From NCBI RefSeq assembly GCF_000025505.1, contig NC_013849.1, positions 330,001 to 362,000 on the forward strand: a stretch of DNA of 32,000 nucleotides, in the 5' to 3' direction. This document shows positions 29,178 to 32,000 of the stretch, one piece after another. A program made the translations under genes and the position numbers. The stretch's first letter is position 1, and each line of letters begins with the position of its first letter. This stretch comes from Ferroglobus placidus DSM 10642 (GTDB taxonomy: Archaea > Halobacteriota > Archaeoglobi > Archaeoglobales > Archaeoglobaceae). Under the pieces are notes generated by a model that had not been told where the DNA came from, did no database searches, and was given only the letters and a program-made list of their open reading frames with translations.

Positions 29178-30251
29178 TTATCTTTTGGAGGCTCTGAGTA
29201 TAAGTTCCAGCCAGCTGCAATCTTCTGACAAAGCAGCAGACTGCGCCGGAGTTCGATCGTTTAGCGAACTGTGCTTCTTTATGAAATTGTAGTAAATCCT
29301 GTAGCCCTCGACGAACGTTTCTGCTCCTTTCCGAGTTTTAAATCCGTCCATAACCTTCACTCTACGTTTTAGCTCTTTGAAGAATCTCTCAGCTCTGTTA
29401 TTCAGCCCCTCTCTAAGAGAGGACTGGATGTGAATTACACCCGAAAACTTCTGTGATATCGCTTTTTCGTAAGACTTGAGACCGTCGCTGACTATTTCTT
29501 CAGGTTTTTTCGAAACCTCCAAACCTTTTTTTAAAAGCTTTAGAGCCTCTTCGGCTCCTCTTGACTTGCTGATGTGAATAGCCAAGATGAACCTAGTTTC
29601 GCTGTCGAGCAGTGTCCAAATTCGGATGTGATCACCCTTCACCTTAATAACGGAGTCGTCGACATGCCACCTGGCGGAAGAATCTAAATTCACCGACTTG
29701 ACGAACTCGTTGACGAGCTTTACGTACCTCTTTATCCAGTTGTGAACGGTTTTGTGGCAAACTTCGACGTTATAGCTCGCTTTGAGGTGCTGAGCAACCT
29801 GCCTCAGACTCAAACCCCTGAAGTACAGGTCGAGCGCAGCCACTATGGCTTCGGCTCTCTTCTTCATTCCGCCGAACCCCGTTCTCGCGGAGAACTTCTT
29901 TCCACATCTCTTGCAGTAGTACATCTGCACGGGTCCGGATTTGTTGTACCTGATTCCCTTTTTTATGACCTCGTCGTCTCGTCCGCAGTTCTTACAAGTT
30001 CTTTCCTCTTTCAAAGTCGTCGCGGCGTTTTTTACATCCCTAACCGCCAAGTAGTACATCGAAGCGTATATGTGCTTACACTTGACCCCTTTCTTAAAAT
30101 CGGGACATTCGCAAGTCCATCTGTCCCTATTCCACACGACCCTGTACTCTTTATCTCCCTTTTCGGATTTCACAACGAACTCTCCTTCCTTTACCTGAAG
30201 AACTTTACCCTCAGCGAGGAGTTTAAGCCCCTTATCTCTCCTTTTCGACAT
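29178..30251 (-). CDS. IS6-family transposase with N-terminal SWIM zinc finger
   Basis: 357 aa. SWIM motif CECPDFKKGVKCKH, a second CxxC...CxxC ribbon (CKNCG...CKRCG), HTH LSLRQVAQHL, and DDE blocks WHVDDSVIKVKG, IVSDGLKSYEKAI and NNRAERFFKELKRR. Confidence 0.85.
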   Translation of the reverse strand: MSKRRDKGLKLLAEGKVLQVKEGEFVVKSEKGDKEYRVVWNRDRWTCECPDFKKGVKCKHIYASMYYLAVRDVKNAATTLKEERTCKNCGRDDEVIKKGIRYNKSGPVQMYYCKRCGKKFSARTGFGGMKKRAEAIVAALDLYFRGLSLRQVAQHLKASYNVEVCHKTVHNWIKRYVKLVNEFVKSVNLDSSARWHVDDSVIKVKGDHIRIWTLLDSETRFILAIHISKSRGAEEALKLLKKGLEVSKKPEEIVSDGLKSYEKAISQKFSGVIHIQSSLREGLNNRAERFFKELKRRVKVMDGFKTRKGAETFVEGYRIYYNFIKKHSSLNDRTPAQSAALSEDCSWLELILRASKR

Positions 30252-30261
30252 CTTCGATCAC

Positions 30262-30288
30262 CTCGGAAGAACAAACGCGACTTCCGAG
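30262..30288 (-). promoter_or_regulatory. hairpin overlapping the transposase Shine-Dalgarno
   Basis: The minus-strand RNA reads CUCGGAAG-ucgcguuuguu-CUUCCGAG-GUGAUCgaagAUG. The 8-bp stem's 3' arm contains the first three bases of the GAGGUGAUC SD of the IS6 transposase (ATG 30251). Confidence 0.4.
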
Positions 30289-30380
30289 CTATGCTGAAGC
30301 CTTTTCGACGTTCTCTAAAACCGCAGTAGCGATTTCCTCAACTGCAGCGTCGATGTTTTCTAACACGAGCTGCAGCGTTT

Positions 30381-30959
30381 TCAGAGGGTTGCTCCCGCAC
30401 TTTCTTTTTTCTTTCCAATCTCTTTTCCGGTATTTGCAGTCTGCCCGCAACGCCAACACTCTGGTCCGGGAACGCGTTTTCCTAGCTTTTTTAGCTCCTC
30501 CTTGTCCTTTAGATGCTCGATGAGCTCTTGAAGTATCTTTTCTGCCGTTTGGACGTCAATTACGAGAATACCTCCACTTCTCAGATCCACGAGGATTGTT
30601 TTTGTCCGGCTTAGAAGTGTGTAGATTGCAGGTTGGACTAGTTTCACACTACCGGTTTTAACCTCTATTAGGGCAGAGCAACCGTTTCCTCCGGTAATGT
30701 AAACCCTACTTATCGCCCCGTTGACGTATCCGAGCTTGAGGGAGACCTCGTTGGCAACATCACTTTTGTTCAGTTTAAGCTGAAGTCTTGCAAGCAACCT
30801 CGACTTGGCTATATCGTGTACGAGCCTATACGCGGAAGATAATTCCTTGTTTTCCGGTTTGTAGAATGGACAGACCGTAAGTAGTTGTTCGTCGAGCTGG
30901 CTCGGTCTGAACGCGTCAAGTAGCTTCTTAATCTTCTCCTCGATCTTTCCGTCAACCAT
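30381..30959 (-). CDS. hypothetical protein with Cas4/RecB-like nuclease motifs (tentative)
   Basis: 192 aa. ALIEVKTGS fits the (D/E)xK(T/S)G motif and QPAIY follows 8 aa later (QxxxY). There is an N-terminal Cys (VCPFY) and a C-terminal CWRCG. The expected motif-II Asp position (GAISRV) reads Ser, so the call is weak. Confidence 0.5.
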   Translation of the reverse strand: MVDGKIEEKIKKLLDAFRPSQLDEQLLTVCPFYKPENKELSSAYRLVHDIAKSRLLARLQLKLNKSDVANEVSLKLGYVNGAISRVYITGGNGCSALIEVKTGSVKLVQPAIYTLLSRTKTILVDLRSGGILVIDVQTAEKILQELIEHLKDKEELKKLGKRVPGPECWRCGQTANTGKEIGKKKESAGATL

Positions 30960-30972
30960 ACTTTCTTCACCT

Positions 30973-31051
30973 CATTGTAGCCTTATTGTAGCTACATAGT
31001 GGTTATAATGTAGTTAACAAAGAAATTTATATTTTTCGCCACATTGTAGCT
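30973..31051. promoter_or_regulatory. cluster of TGTAG(C/T) boxes including a perfect palindrome TGTAGCTACA
   Basis: cATTGTAGCc (30973), tATTGTAGCTACAt (30984, palindrome 30987..30996), tAATGTAGTt (31006) and cATTGTAGCt (31042). All lie in the 95-bp divergent intergenic region between ATG 30959 (minus) and ATG 31055 (plus). Core spacings are 11, 22 and 36 bp. Confidence 0.5.
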
Positions 31052-31054
31052 CTA

Positions 31055-31207
31055 ATGAAAAAAATCAAGATCACGGTAGAAGGGTACGAAGTAATCGAGA
31101 AAGTCGTCAAGAGTGCCGGAAACTCTGGAAGGATATATCTGCCAAAGTCATGGGTCAACAAGAGAGTCAAGGTAATTTTATTGGAGCCTATCGATGAATC
31201 AAGTTAA
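31055..31207 (+). CDS. AbrB/SpoVT-like micro-protein (50 aa; resembles archaeal DUF2080 'putative transposon-encoded protein')
   Basis: Below the track cutoff. My translation is MKKIKITVEGYEVIEKVVKSAGNSGRIYLPKSWVNKRVKVILLEPIDESS*. The GNSGRIYLPKSW..K.VKV pattern is the swapped-hairpin AbrB-like signature. Confidence 0.5.
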   Translation: MKKIKITVEGYEVIEKVVKSAGNSGRIYLPKSWVNKRVKVILLEPIDESS

Positions 31208-31240
31208 TTTCAAAAAAGCTTAAACTAATAGTTCCGAAAT

Positions 31241-31762
31241 TCACTGGAGGAGTTTCACTACTTCAACTATCGTCAATAACAGTAAAACGAAAGTTAGCAC
31301 AACCATAATCAGTTGAAGATTTTTATTTACAGATGCCAATTTAACGTTAGTCGATGCTAAAAATAGGCTAGTGTTATCTCGCAAATGGCTGTACGAGGTA
31401 CCGTACTGATTTCTGAGGATATCATACTCATTCCTTACATTTTCGGCATATTTTGATAGATCCTCGCAAAGTGCTTGATAGATTCCTTTCGTGATTGAAG
31501 GAATCATATCTTTTATTGGGATTGGCAACTCGCCGTAAAAAGGATTTGACAAAGCTCTTTTTTCTCTTTCTATATACGAAACAATCACACGACATTCATC
31601 GATAACGCGAGTCATTTCTGCGACAAAGTCACTGTATGCCTTTAAGACTAGATTTAGGGTGTTTTTTAGGTGCTTGACAAGATCTTTTTCGTTATAATAC
31701 TGTAATTGCCGTATATTTTCAGATATCTCATCAACATTCTTTTTATGGTCTAAAATACCCAT
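31241..31762 (-). CDS. hypothetical protein with C-terminal transmembrane anchor
   Basis: 173-aa AT-rich ORF, helical and charged, with a C-terminal hydrophobic segment (LQLIMVVLTFVLLLLTIVEVV). Confidence 0.5.
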   Translation of the reverse strand: MGILDHKKNVDEISENIRQLQYYNEKDLVKHLKNTLNLVLKAYSDFVAEMTRVIDECRVIVSYIEREKRALSNPFYGELPIPIKDMIPSITKGIYQALCEDLSKYAENVRNEYDILRNQYGTSYSHLRDNTSLFLASTNVKLASVNKNLQLIMVVLTFVLLLLTIVEVVKLLQ

Positions 31763-32000
31763 AAACCTGAAGCGAAGTCAGTAAATTAATAATAACATAT
31801 GGATTAACCTATTAATAGTGACTTCTCCTAGAATTTCAAAATCTTTCTGTATTAGAGCATTTGATGTCACTATTGAAAAACCAGTATAGCAGAATCCAAA
31901 GTTGTCAAAAACTGCGTCACTTTGCCCGACTATGCTCAAAAGCACTGGTATTATTGACATTAGCCCAGATGTGTTAATATTGAATGAGTAAAGAACCTAT

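Noticed and set aside
29742-30329. 195-aa + strand ORF
   Set aside because: It is antisense to the clear IS6/SWIM transposase gene.
31778-31960. 60-aa minus-strand ORF at the right edge
   Set aside because: It sits exactly at the length cutoff, has no SD and shows no recognisable motif. It may be part of a gene whose context lies beyond the window.

Overview
The gene content points to an archaeal chromosome segment, probably from a euryarchaeal thermophile resembling Archaeoglobus. The grounds are a stand-alone GMP synthase subunit B, a short 337-aa PurA, a FAU-1-like protein and TATA-type promoters ~27 nt from start codons; this assignment is inference. The window falls into three compositional blocks. 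(1) 1-11.74 kb is tightly packed housekeeping DNA: partial argD-like aminotransferase, guaA subunit B, pyrG, Trm112-like, purA, a CAP-domain protein, ilvC, an HTH/Zn-ribbon regulator, two overlapping radical-SAM genes, a FAU-1-like RNA-binding protein and a DsrE-like protein. (2) ~11.74-25.29 kb is a visibly AT-richer accessory island. It carries a bacterial-type aliphatic amidase operon (amiE, amiS, an OFA-type MFS) with two unannotated paralogous Zn-ribbon micro-ORFs, one ahead of each transporter. It also carries a divergent TAXI-TRAP / AtuA(DUF1446)-DUF4387-like cluster in which each arm ends with a paralogous RHH protein, an IS1-family element, and a two-gene module made of a fused OLD-family ATPase-Toprim nuclease translationally coupled to an unrecognisable 296-aa coiled-coil protein. 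That module is my best candidate for an undescribed defence system. (3) 25.29-32 kb is IS-rich and resembles a mobile-element remnant. It has a multiply frameshifted IS4/IS5-type element, two convergent IS6-like transposases (one with a SWIM finger), a possible Rep/wHTH gene next to 30-bp-phased iteron-like repeats, a Cas4/RecB-motif protein and an AbrB-like micro-ORF behind a TGTAGC repeat/palindrome cluster. I saw no rRNA, tRNA or CRISPR array. All homology statements come from motif recognition by eye and memory, not from searches.
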